64,000 bases of DNA from Lama glama (lineage: Eukaryota): the NCBI GenBank assembly GCA_028534125.1, contig CM052817.1:59522001-59586000 (forward strand), written 5' to 3'. The stretch's first letter is position 1. Each line of letters begins with the position of its first letter. A program made the translations under genes and the position numbers. The notes beneath the pieces are model-generated. The model made no database searches and was not told the DNA's origin. It worked only from the letters and a program-made list of their open reading frames with translations. Shown in pieces: positions 14,020 through 25,429 of the stretch.

Positions 14020-14170
14020 AAAATATAGAAATGGCATGATCAAGAACTGCTTTAGGTTTGAGGCTCTCTGCGTTGGTGACATTGGAATTGACATCCGAAT
14101 AATGAGAAGGAAAAAGTACTAGAAAAGTGCTGGGAAGAATATTCTAGCGGATGAGGCCAGCAAGTACACC
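14020..14170 (-). mobile_element. L2 LINE fragment
   Basis: ggtgacattggaattgacatccgaataatgagaagga...gggaagaatattctagc is antisense L2. Confidence 0.6.
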
Positions 14171-14509
14171 ATGTGACTTAAAATCAGCATTTCAGCACAT
14201 GTATTCACATATTCCTAACCATTTAGCAATTACTATGAAAATATTACATATTAAAGATATTAGAGTGAAAGAAATGGGAAAGAGAGCTTGGAACAGAAGA
14301 AGAGAGCTGTCAACAGAAGAAAGCAAAAGAATTATGATTAGAATATAAAACACCATGGAAATTTGAAGGCAAACTAATTTCTCAGTGAGAGGTCATTAAT
14401 TACAATAGAAAATATGCCTAAAATCTGTGTGTGGTTCAGATGCCTGGTTTTCAAAGTGTCAAGTGAGAACCTTTTGAAGTATGACTATGTTTAAGTATGA
14501 GATCAAGGA

Positions 14510-14926
14510 TTTGCAATCACTTAGTTTATAGCCTCTTGTATCCACACTCTTCTTTGAGTATTTTCCTCTGACAATGAAATCTGAGCTTGGCCATACAGTT
14601 TGCCTTAGCCAAGAAAATGTGATGCAAGCAAAGCCTTTATAAGTTCTTGTGCATCAGAGCTTATTTTCTCTTCCTGCTTTTTGGAAACCAGAGATCACAA
14701 TGTGGAGAAGTCCAGCTAGGCTACTATAAGATAAGGGATGACTTAGAGCAAGGAGACCGGCTGAGACCCCCAGATCAAGCTGCCTGTCCAATGCAGGTTC
14801 CACTCGAACCATCTTAGCCAAGAAGAACCACACAACCAATGCACAGAACTATGTGAATATAATACTTGCTATTTTAAATAACTAAGTTTTGTGATGGTTT
14901 GTTACACAGCAAAAGTTGACTAATAC
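14510..14926 (+). mobile_element. MaLR LTR (MLT1G/H-like)
   Basis: gagcttggccatacagtttgccttagccaa near the start; MLT1-type end ttgctattttaa...ctaagttttgtgatggtttgttacacagcaa...actaatac. Confidence 0.8.
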
Positions 14927-15061
14927 TGGACCAAAGGAGAGAAATGAGTGAGTAGCAAGTATCTGACATAAAAGTGAAGTATACTGTGAAAAGAAATTGC
15001 TTAGATGCCTAAATCCTGAGGTAGTTATTACATCAATAACAAGAAAAACTGCCAAGAAATT

Positions 15062-15185
15062 TAATTCATTTCAATTGCAATCCAAGAAAAATAAAATAAA
15101 GTGTATGACCTCTGTGCCAGGCATTGTGCTAAGTAAGAGGGTATAAAAATAAACACACCTTCCTTCAAGCTGCTCAGAGATTCAG
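15062..15185 (-). mobile_element. L2 3' end
   Basis: acctctgtgccaggcattgtgctaag...ccttcaagctgctcagag. Confidence 0.65.
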
Positions 15186-17024
15186 GATATAGGGGGTGGG
15201 GTGGGAGGTGAGAGTCAAGTTTTAATTAATCATTTCAGCCTTGCATCAGTTCTCAGGGACCAGAATCTCCCAACTGCAAGTTTTTAAAAACTACAAAGCA
15301 AACCACATTTCATTTTTCTTCTCTAAAAACAGCAATTCGTCCCCCAAATTAATTATACTATTATTAGTACATACACACCAATACTTTAAATATCTTTAAA
15401 ATATTCCTCTTTACAAATACTATGGAAAGATAATGTTTAGGAATGATTATGAGTGATCTTAAAGTGTAATGACTGAAAACAGTATCCCTGTGACTTAAAG
15501 GTGTACTTAACCCTCCTTCCACTGCTCCCTGCCTTGCCCACCATTCACCTGCTGCAGTAGGAGACTGATCCAAAGAGCAAGTATGTCACGCTCATCTACT
15601 CAGTACTCTTAAAGTGGACATTGGGGCAGAGTAAGAATGGCTGTAAAAGGAAATAGACTTTATAAGGAATATAAACTGGCAATCTCTTTTACCATTTTCC
15701 TTTTTTTTTTTTTTACCATTTTTTATATTCCCTTCCAACAAAAATAAATTCTGATCTCTCCTGATCATGTTCTCTACATCTCTGCACAGATCCCTCTTTG
15801 CAATCCTATAAAGGCACGTCAGGATCTGGAGTCACGTAAAATCAAAAAGGGCACCACAGAGCTCCTGTTTCCCATAGAATTTGACCTTTCCCCCTATGGC
15901 TGCAGCTACTCAAATGAAAGCACAATTATGAGTATTGAATGTTATTCTATTATTCATTTCCCATATCTTGCATTCTGTTCTTCAGTTTTCTATCCCTTCT
16001 TCAAATTATTGTTTGCAGATAGTTTACCTTCTTTAAACGTTTTTTTTAAATAAAAGTCTTACTTACGTTATTAGCAGTAGGTTTTATTTTGATGGATTAA
16101 AAACACTAAGAATTTGAGTTGCTCACAGAATTCAATAAAAAGAGATTAGACTTGTACACAAGTCTTCCTATTTCCCTAGCTACATTTCTCTGTGGAATAC
16201 GAGTACTTGTGTATTCTTGTTACCTTTTTAGGCTTTTGATAATTCACAATCTGTCCTGAAGATTGGGCTAAAAAGCAAAGATTAAGTCAAATGTTTTGGA
16301 ATAGAATGTTTTGAAATGAGCATTCCTGCAGGATTCAGGAAGGAAGATATTGCTAATAAGGACAAGCTGTAGGCACAATTATAAATAAGTGAATTCTAAA
16401 CGTGCTGCCCCTCTGTCTGTTCTCCCAGTGTCACTGGGCACTTCCTCTCAAGTTCATAGCATCGGAATATCCCCAAGATGCTTTGAGCTCTTCACTGTAA
16501 TGACTCATCAGATCTTATATTTCTTTAATTTCACTATAAACATTAAAAGTCATTTTCATGTCACTCTTCCCATTCATTCCCAATTTTTCCAGGATCATTG
16601 CTTTTTTAAAAATGTGCACAAAGTAATTTTGAGGCGAGATACTTTTATTAGTATCTATACTTATCACCACTTTTCACTCAGGGCCAAACACCATGTCCTA
16701 CAAATATTAAGGTATTAATAAATACTTGTTGATAATGATCTGATCCTTTCTGTGTTCCAAATCCCCTACTCCAAGAAACAAAAGAAAATGTTATAAGTTC
16801 CAGTGGACAAAGATTTTCAGTTGTAGGGAGCAAGGCCATTTATGTTGGCTGTTTCAGTACACCTCTCCAGAGGCTGCTCTTCACACTTGATCTTGGGAAA
16901 ATCATCTCCTGGAAGTGTACACTGCCATCTGTCTAACCAAAATGGCCACTCTGAAATTACTGTTCCACAATTTTACATCCTTTAAACTCCAAACCATGGT
17001 ACAATTGTTTACTGTAGATTATAG

Positions 17025-17370
17025 GAAATTGTTTAGGTATAAATAGACAAAATTATTTTCACAAGCCTAAAATATGGAAGAACACAGAGGGTAGGAATAA
17101 AAACAGGGTCTCACTAAGGTCTGGGATTAATAACTGTGAGTTCAGAAACCATGGTTACTCTCCTGGTTTTGTAATGCTCTGTGGTTTCCTATCTCTCTGC
17201 CTGCAGACTGCTTCTCTCTGACTCTAGTTCCAGTTCTCCATGCAGTCTAGCTCCACTGCCAAAGTCACTGGAAATTCTTTATTATAATTTCAAATTTCTG
17301 GGAGAAGGAATTGAGTTAATGAAGTGTGGACCAGGTATCCACCTCAACTGTGGCCAAAAAGGAGGACTTA
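17025..17370 (-). mobile_element. MaLR LTR (MLT1J/K-like)
   Basis: aatttcaaatttctgggagaaggaattgag...ccaggtatccacc...aactgtggcca resembles antisense MLT1J/K. Confidence 0.55.
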
Positions 17371-17539
17371 AGAAGTTGCTGTTTTCTCACCTGAAATTTT
17401 AGGAGCTAAAAACAGCAAACTCAATGAGAAAGCAGCATGGTAGAAAGGAAATTCTGTATATTGCTAGGACATTAGGTTTATATAAATTTATGCTCATTAT
17501 CATTCCCAAACATAAACCAACAACTTCTTACAACATGTG

Positions 17540-17706
17540 TATCATAACATAACACTATGTTCCAAGCAATCCTTCTTATATATTTATCATATAATTCTCA
17601 ATCAAAATATGATTTAAGTATTAATGTTATCCTCATTTATGGATGATAAATCAAAGTTTAGAATGTTTAATTAATTTTTCTGAGGTCATGTAGCTAACAA
17701 GTAGCT
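17540..17706 (-). mobile_element. MIR SINE
   Basis: tatcctcatttatggatgataaatcaaagtttaga...tctgaggtcatgtagctaacaagtagc. Confidence 0.75.
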
Positions 17707-18804
17707 ACTTTTCCAGTAACTCTGTATTTGTCTTGTCATCATTTCTCTGGGGGAGAGATGTTTTTTTCATATCTCTTGAAAACACCTAGCCCAGTGTCAT
17801 GGATAAAATAGGTAAGAAAATAGGTTAACTGAATTAAATGAAATGTTGAAGAAAATGAAAAATTAGGTAACTTCAGTCTTTACTTTGTAAATATGATATG
17901 GTTGAAGGCTTAGAGAGAGATATTGGAACTGTTTTTCTTCTTAGGTTGGCCTTTTGTGACTATGTTAAAACAACTATATTCAAAGGCTTTGAGATTATCC
18001 TGCTTTACAAATGAGCAGTTCTCCATAGTGAGTTGCAATAGATAAGCCAGTTCATTTCCATTCCAAGCACTTTAAATAAACCACAACAAAAGTGTAGTAC
18101 ATTCTTGTAAAAGGAAATTTTTTGTTTGCCTTTACATGTGTTGTTTGACTATTTTTAAATGTACTTATTGGGACTAGTTTCAATGCATTGTTGAAAAAAT
18201 AATTTTATTTAAATTGACTTATTTGAATTACATAAACTAAGAAATTAAATTTTTGAAAGAATATTTTCAAAACTAGTGAGATATTTCAAGGCAAAATCCA
18301 GTCATATGATTTAAGGAACAGATTTCCTTCTTGTTTGCTTAAATGCTGGTGGAATTTACTAAGGATTTACTATAATATTTGCTAAGATTAGATGAGCAGG
18401 TGTGGCATGTTATATTTCATTAATGTTAGTGACCACCTGTGCTTAAGAAAATGCTTTTTTACTTGAATGTCATTCAGATGAATTTTTCAAACCTTTATTT
18501 CAATCCAGTCCTCCACAGGCCATCAGGGATGTGTTTACCGCTAATCGGGAAAGGAATTAATACAAACAGTGTATAGGAACTGATGGAGGTAGCATCATGA
18601 TGTTCAGTTTGCCTGACTATACCTAGGGCAGTACAAATCAAATTGGATTCCTCAATGTTTGATCTGATCTACTTGTGAAGGCAACAACGGGAGAAAAAAG
18701 CAAACTGTAAGTGTCCATCTGATTGATGGCCTGTGTTCAACTTCTATGATAGTGAGCAAAAGTCAAAGTGATCAGCCAAATAATATCCTGAGAGATATTA
18801 ATCA

Positions 18805-18980
18805 CACCGTGTTAGGTCTGGAAAGGACCTTAGGGATCACCTGGTATATAGTATCACTTAATAATTTAGTAAACCCAGTCTTACAGGGAATGCATTTTAT
18901 TTAGCATTTCACTTTGAGTTATTGAAAAAGCCAAGCTGAAACTTCATATTCCCTGCCTCCAAACCACTGTCTTTTCAGTT
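18805..18980 (-). mobile_element. MIR3/MIRc-like SINE
   Basis: ttaggtctggaaaggaccttagggatcacctggt start and cctgcctccaaaccactgtcttttc end. Confidence 0.55.
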
Positions 18981-19329
18981 AGCAATTTTTGAGACCAAGG
19001 GTTAGAGAATATGAGGGTGGGGGGTGGGCTCTGCGGAAGGGATGGAGCACTGGAGGAAAAAGGAGAAATGCTGCTTTAAGGATGCTGGTGACCTGTGATG
19101 TTTTAATGAAAGATTAATTTTTACTTGGTGCTCTACCCATGGTAAGTCTGCCTAAATATTTATATACAAGAGACTAAGAAACTGTCAGAGGAGGCTATAA
19201 GTTAGTTCCATTTTCTCAAGGGACATTTTCAATGTTGTTCAATTAATTGCCTCATCATAATGTGATTATATCTTGTGGAAGGTATGCCTATATTACCTTC
19301 TGTGCATTAATATGAAACCTTCCTTTATT

Positions 19330-19802
19330 CAGTGAAGTGCTTGAGCTGGCCTATATCCATCTGGGACTCAAGTGTTAAATTTTCAAAAAATTTTTGAGCT
19401 AATGTTTAAATACAGTCACTATTAAAAGTTAAATTATATAAACTTACAGTGAAATAAACTGTTAAAATCATAAAGCTAAATACTCAAGACTCATCATTTC
19501 CTATTTATTTTACTATATTTTATGGTACCTATTATTCACTATTTACTGTTATCTATTTTACTATTATTTTGAGGTTACTTAATAATATCAATCTACCTGT
19601 ATAGTAGAAATACTACATAACGTAGTGTGCTACACAAATCCCTTTCCAACTTTTAATCAGTCATGTATGATTGGTAGTTTGAAATCAGCCACAGCAAGGG
19701 TATTTATACCACAGAAATCAGCAAACACTACAAACAAGGGCTTGATACATTGATTTTTTTTCCTACTCCCAGAGAGCTAATACATTTACCAGCACACAAC
19801 TG
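19330..19802. mobile_element. MER63-like hAT-Blackjack DNA transposon (non-autonomous)
   Basis: Degenerate TIRs cagtgaagtgct.../...agcacacaactg; internal gtatttataccacagaaatcagcaaacactaca typical of MER63. Confidence 0.8.
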
Positions 19803-19974
19803 CTTATAATCCACTTAAGCTCCATCTTGCACCTTAAGCAGAAGTTGAGATCTCAAGTTGGCTACCACTTCTAAACAAAAGTCCTAACTTACCCGATGCA
19901 TTTCAATTTTCTAGCAGACAGGGGCATGCTTGTGTATTTATTCATAAGATGTGATAATTTGCTACAGTGGCAGG

Positions 19975-20205
19975 AACTGTAGCTAAACTGAGCTATGGAA
20001 GCAGATCGACCAAAGTCCCAGCCCTACTCCTGCAAATTGCCGTCTTTTCTTAACCTCCAGACTTTATTTTCCGTATACCTAATGTATACAGGTAATAATA
20101 CCTGCCTCATAGTTTTGTTTTGAAGGTTGAACAAGACAAATAACATGAAATGCTTGAAACATTGCTTGAATTAGCACACAATTAATACATACTAATGCAT
20201 TCTTA
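19975..20205 (+). mobile_element. MIR SINE
   Basis: taataatacctgcctcatagttttgttttgaaggttgaacaaga...atgaaatgcttg. Confidence 0.7.
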
Positions 20206-21061
20206 TTCCATTATAACCACGGAAATTTCTGTATATCTAAAATCAACAATAGCAGCAGTAACAACAACAAAAAATCAAAACCAGCCTCATGTTCATTAAT
20301 TTGGATTTGAAGCCAGGCTGGTATGAGTACAGGAGGATTGAATTTGACTGAAAATTTGCCACAGAGGTCACAGCCATGCAAGGAGCAGCGACCCGTAAAT
20401 ACTAGCACCATCATGTGGAACCCCGAGAATGAAACGGACCAGACACCCTGAATCTTAGAGTCCATCACGCATACAGACACATAGCCTTGGATTAGCTTCA
20501 CCGAAGTGTGAACGCAAAGTAGGTGCCAGCTTATTCCCAAACGTCACTCCTCCCACGAGTATATTAAAGTTTGCCTGTCAGTCCTCAGGATGTCTTCCCT
20601 CCACTCTGTTCACAGAATTCTGTGCAGTGAAACAACAGATTCATGAATATGTCATTGAAGTCTTTTTTTTTTCTGAAATAAGTACCCTGGAGGTCTTTGT
20701 AATAGCTCTTAAACCAACCATTGTTCTAGAGCAATACCAGGTTATGGGAGTGGGGGTGAGGCCAGTCAGTAAGGAGGCAGACATTGAGTTGTTCTTCAGG
20801 AAAAGTAGACTGCCACAGAAATACACTGCAAGGAATACTGTATCTGAAGGGATTTCTGCACTTCCAGCCAGAGAGGGTCTGACTTCATTAACTGATACAG
20901 TCACTGGAGTTACACTGACAATCAAAATGCAGTGTACACTCTTGGGTAGGCCCAGTTCTAGCAGTGAGATGCAATGAGTCTGTGATGTGAATGTACCAGG
21001 GCCTGAAAGGAAACGGGCTGAGGTCTTTGAGGATGAAGGCTGGACCTGAAAAAATATAAGA

Positions 21062-21170
21062 AAAAGAGCACTGAGAGACAGAAAAGAGAGGGAGGGACAG
21101 AGAGGGAGAGAGGGAGAAAGAGAGGGAGAGGGAGAGAGAGAGAAAAAGAGAGAGAGATGGGGAAAGAGAA
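21062..21170. repeat. GA-rich polypurine/polypyrimidine tract
   Basis: (GA)/(GAGGGA) low-complexity run of about 110 bp. Confidence 0.9.
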
Positions 21171-22247
21171 GCAAATGTCTAAAAAGTTGTTAAGGGAATA
21201 GCTTTTGTTATGGATCAATTGTGTTTTAAGCTCCTTCTCATTTTCAGGCCCTCAATCCCTATACAAAAACTAATGCATTGGAGGTTTCTCTAAAAATGTT
21301 ATCCCTTTCCTTTTCCCTTGAGGCCCCTTCCACTTGGAAGAAGTCCTTGTACTTGAATTTAAGGCTGTTGACCTAGGGCTCCCAACTGCCACAGCATTCC
21401 TGCTGAGGAACCTAATCTGAATCATTCAGGCAGCCAGGCAAATATGCCTGTGTTTGTTCTCCCACTGCATTTCAATTCAGGCCATGCGGGCAATCAATAG
21501 AGTGTGTAAAATAACAGGAGCACGCTTGGATACACATCTCTAAAGGCCTGCATTACCACCTCCCAAACAGCTTCAAATGCTGGCGGTGATTGCCCAATGA
21601 CAAAATCACCACTGCTTACTATGCTCACTTAGAACATCATCTTTGCTGTCATAGCCCATGGCCCTGTAGAAAGAAACCTGATAAACCCCCTTACAGAGCA
21701 CCAACCTCTAATTTACAGGACTGGTATGACTTTTACTATTTCCTTTCTTATTAATAACTTATAAAACGAAAATTTTCTAATTCAGTAATTCTTACAATTT
21801 ACTTATATTTGCAAAATATGGATTCATTGATTTTCATTAAAACAAAGAATTTTAACTCAAGCTTTAGATAATTTCCTGTTCAGAGTTAGACTCGGCTAGT
21901 GGTGTTTGAGACAGTTGAGAAGTATTGTGGCAAAGAGCAGTGCAAACCCTAGTTTCTGTTTAAACTGCGGTGTGGGCAATCATGTTTGCTCCTTTGTTTC
22001 TATCTAAGATCTGAGCTGTTTGAATTGTACGGTAAACTTGAAATGATAAGGCTGCAATAAAACCACTTGAAACACCTTATAGGATGAAAGAATTCAAACT
22101 CACATAAACTCCAAAAGAACTGATTGGATTTCCCTTGGTAAACAAAAACTGCAGTTTGAGTACAGAAAATAAGATGAAGAACTGCTTTCTGTCAGTTTAA
22201 AGCTCTTAGGGGATCTCTGTGAAATATTCTACGTATTGTTAAAAGTT

Positions 22248-22276
22248 TGTGTGTGTGTGTGTGTGCGCGCGCACAC
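22248..22276. repeat. (TG)9(CG)3CACAC alternating purine-pyrimidine repeat
   Basis: Direct read; includes the 16-bp perfect palindrome gtgtgcgcgcgcacac at 22261-22276. Confidence 0.9.
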
Positions 22277-23129
22277 CATACACAGTGTATGATTATTTTA
22301 GGATAGGATCAGATCATGTCAGTAATATTTAGTTCTAATCTTTACGTATATTGGACAAAACAACAAATAGATTCTTCATCATTAAAATGACAATAAATTA
22401 TAGGTCCCCATTTTAGTGAACTAAATTATAGATTCAAATCTCTTAGAAATTTAAACTACTGAGAAAACGGCAAATATTTCTTAATATTTCAATAGCTGTA
22501 TCAATTGAGATCGTCAACTTACCTTTAATCAAAAACTCCATATAAAACCATACAGTTTCACTCTCTGCAGTCCTCCTTCAGTTCTCCTGCCTCAGACTGA
22601 AAAGGGAAAGATTACTTCTCAGAATTCCTATTCTAGCTAAAAGTGGTTAAGAACTTCAGATGTGGTATTTTTTCCCCTTTCAGCTTAGAATTTGATGAAT
22701 AAAGCAGAAGACTGTAGGAGTAGTGTTTAACTCTATGTTCAATTGATCATCTTTTAATGGATTTTTTTTCTAAGAAAATTTGTGAATGTAAGTTAAGGAG
22801 AGCGAAGGGGAAAAAAGTAGTATGTCAACTTTCTGAACACCTACACTTTTTAAAAGAAATAAATATCATAACAAGATGTAAATCCAGTTTTCTTAACTAG
22901 TGAGTGTGCACAAGACTATTTATAAGAAATAGATGAACATATTGATGGTTTATCCAAACTATTCTCATATTCCAAACTCCTAGAGTTGCTACATGTAAAA
23001 TGGGTAAATTAAAGCATCTTAAAATGAACTGCATTTATTAGAATTGTTAAAAATTATATATTGCCTTTGAAAATTTCAGCTTCTAAAGTTGCAATGTTGC
23101 AAGCTATTACACTAGTGCATACTTTTTAA

Positions 23130-24735
23130 AGATTTTTTTTAGAGCAGTTTTATTGGCAGCAAAATTGAGAGGAAGGTAAGAGATTTCCTATGTACCCCTG
23201 CCTGCACATATATATAGTCTCCCCATTATCAACATCTCCCACCAGACTGGTGCATTTTTCACCATGGATGAACGCTCACTGACACATCGCAGTCACCCAA
23301 GATCCATAGTTGACATTAGGGTCACTCTTGGTGTTGTACATTCTATGGACTTGGACAACTATAGTATGGCATATATTCACCATTATACTATCATTCCGAG
23401 TATATTCACTGACTTAAAAATCTCTGTGTTCTGTCTATTCATACCTCTTTTACCCCTAATCCCTAGCAACCGCTGATCTTTTTACTGTCTCCATAGTTTT
23501 GCCTTTTCCAGAATGTCATAAAGTTGGGATTGTAAAGTATTCAGCATTTTCAGATTGACTTCTTTTACTTTCTAATATGCATTTAAGTTTCCTTCATGTA
23601 TTTTCATGGCTTGATAGCTCATTTCTTTTTAGCCCTGAGTAACATTTCACTGTCTAGCCATGCCAAAGTTTATTTATCCATTAAAGCTATTAAAAGACAT
23701 CTTAATTATTTCCAATTTTGGCGATTATGAACAAAGCTGCTACAAACATTCATATGCAGATTTTTGTGTAGACATAAGTTTTCAATTCTTTTAAGTAAAT
23801 ACCGAACATAATATGATAAAAGTATGTTAGTCTTTTTAAGAAGCCACCAAACTGTCTTCCAAAGTGGCTGGACAATTTTGCTTTCACATCAGCAATGAAT
23901 GAGGGTTCCTACTGTCTACATCTTTACCAGCATTTGATGTCAGTTTTCTGGAATTTGGCCATTCAAATATGTATGTAATAGTATCTCACTCATATTTTAA
24001 TACACATTTCCCTGATGGCATACAATGTGGAACATCTTTTCATATGTTTATTTGCCATCTAGTATCTTTTTGATGAGATGTCTGTTAAGGATTTTGGCCC
24101 ACTTTTTAATCAAGTTATTTGTGTTCTTATTGCTGAGCTCTTCTAGGAGTTCTTCACACACATTGGATAATAGTTCTTTATCAGATATATCTTTTGCAAA
24201 TATTTTATTTCAGTCTGTGGCTTGTCTTCTAATTCTCTTGACACTGTCTTTCACAGAGCAAAAGTTTTCATTTTAATGTAGTCCGACTTATCAAATACTT
24301 CCATTGTGCCTTTGTTTTCGTATCTAAAAACTCATCACCAAACCACAGGTCACCTAGGTTTCTAATATTTTAACTTCCAGGAGTATTGTAGTTTTGCATT
24401 TTACGAGTAGTTTTTTTGGGTTAATTTTTGTGAAGAGTGTAAAGTCTGTGCCTACATTCATTTTTTGCATGTGGATGTCCAGTTGTTCCAGTACTATTTA
24501 TTAAAAAGACTATCTTTTCTCCATGCATTGCCTTTCCTTCTTCGTCAAAGATCAATTGACTATATTTATGGGCTTCTGTTTCTGGGCACTGTGTTCTATT
24601 CCAGGGACTGACTTGTCCATTTTTTCACCAGTACCACACAGTCCTGTTTACTACAGCTTTGTAGTAATTCTTGATGTCAGGTTATGTTAATCCTCCAGCT
24701 TTCTTCTTCTCCCTCAGTATGGTTAGATATTCTCT
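23130..24735 (-). mobile_element. L1MC-like element, 3'UTR and end of ORF2
   Basis: ttttttagagcagtttta...gcaaaattgagaggaaggta, tccatagttgacattagggtcactcttggtgttgtacattctatgg, ccttttccagaatgtcata. Confidence 0.9.
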
Positions 24736-24749
24736 GTTAGCCCAATTAA

Positions 24750-25107
24750 AAATGAAATTTTAAAACTATAAATAAAATATTTTCATTTTACCTGCATTTA
24801 TTCCTTCATTGATGTACTTCCTTTCTTTATGTAGATTGAAGTTTCTGGCCTATTTTATTTCCTTCTCTCCAAAAAGCTTTGAAATTTCTTGCCAGGCAGA
24901 ACTATTGGCAACAAATTCTCTCAATTTTTGCTTGTCTGAAAGTTTTGGGGTTTTTTTTTCACCTTTGAAGGTTAATTTCACAGGGCACAGAATTCTAGGT
25001 TGGAGGATTTTTTTTCTCAACACTAATATTTCACTCTATTTTTCTTGTTTTCATGGTTTCTGAGGATAAATCAGATGTAATTCTTGTCTTCCTCTATATG
25101 TAAGGCA
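24750..25107 (-). mobile_element. L1 ORF1-region fragment (L1MC/MD-like)
   Basis: ggcaacaaattctctcaatttttgcttgtctgaaag...cacagaattctaggttgg is an antisense L1 ORF1 motif. Confidence 0.75.
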
Positions 25108-25429
25108 TTTGCCAGTTTGCAAGCAGCAGCCTGCAAGTTGAGAAGCCTAGCAAACTTCCAGCAGTCTCACAGAGCTAAGGGCATAAAAACTGGAGATCAA
25201 ATCCCATCATGGCCCCATGGTAGATTTTCAGTTGGGATTGCTGACTAATGATATAAATATTAAGGGAAGATAGAAATTGGCAAAATAACCTGGACACCTC
25301 TATCCTATCAATTCAATCTTAGCTTGTACTGAAATTATCTTTCCCTAGCCTAAAGTAAATTCTCATTAGAAAGGTAACATCATTCAGAGCCTCAAATTAT
25401 TTCAAGAATTTTTTTTAACATGCATCAAT

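Noticed and set aside
21046..21218. N-terminal parts of the 177-aa and 86-aa minus ORFs
   Set aside because: Translation of the (CT)n tract gives the Leu/Ser/Pro-rich sequence, so the apparent signal peptide is a low-complexity artefact.
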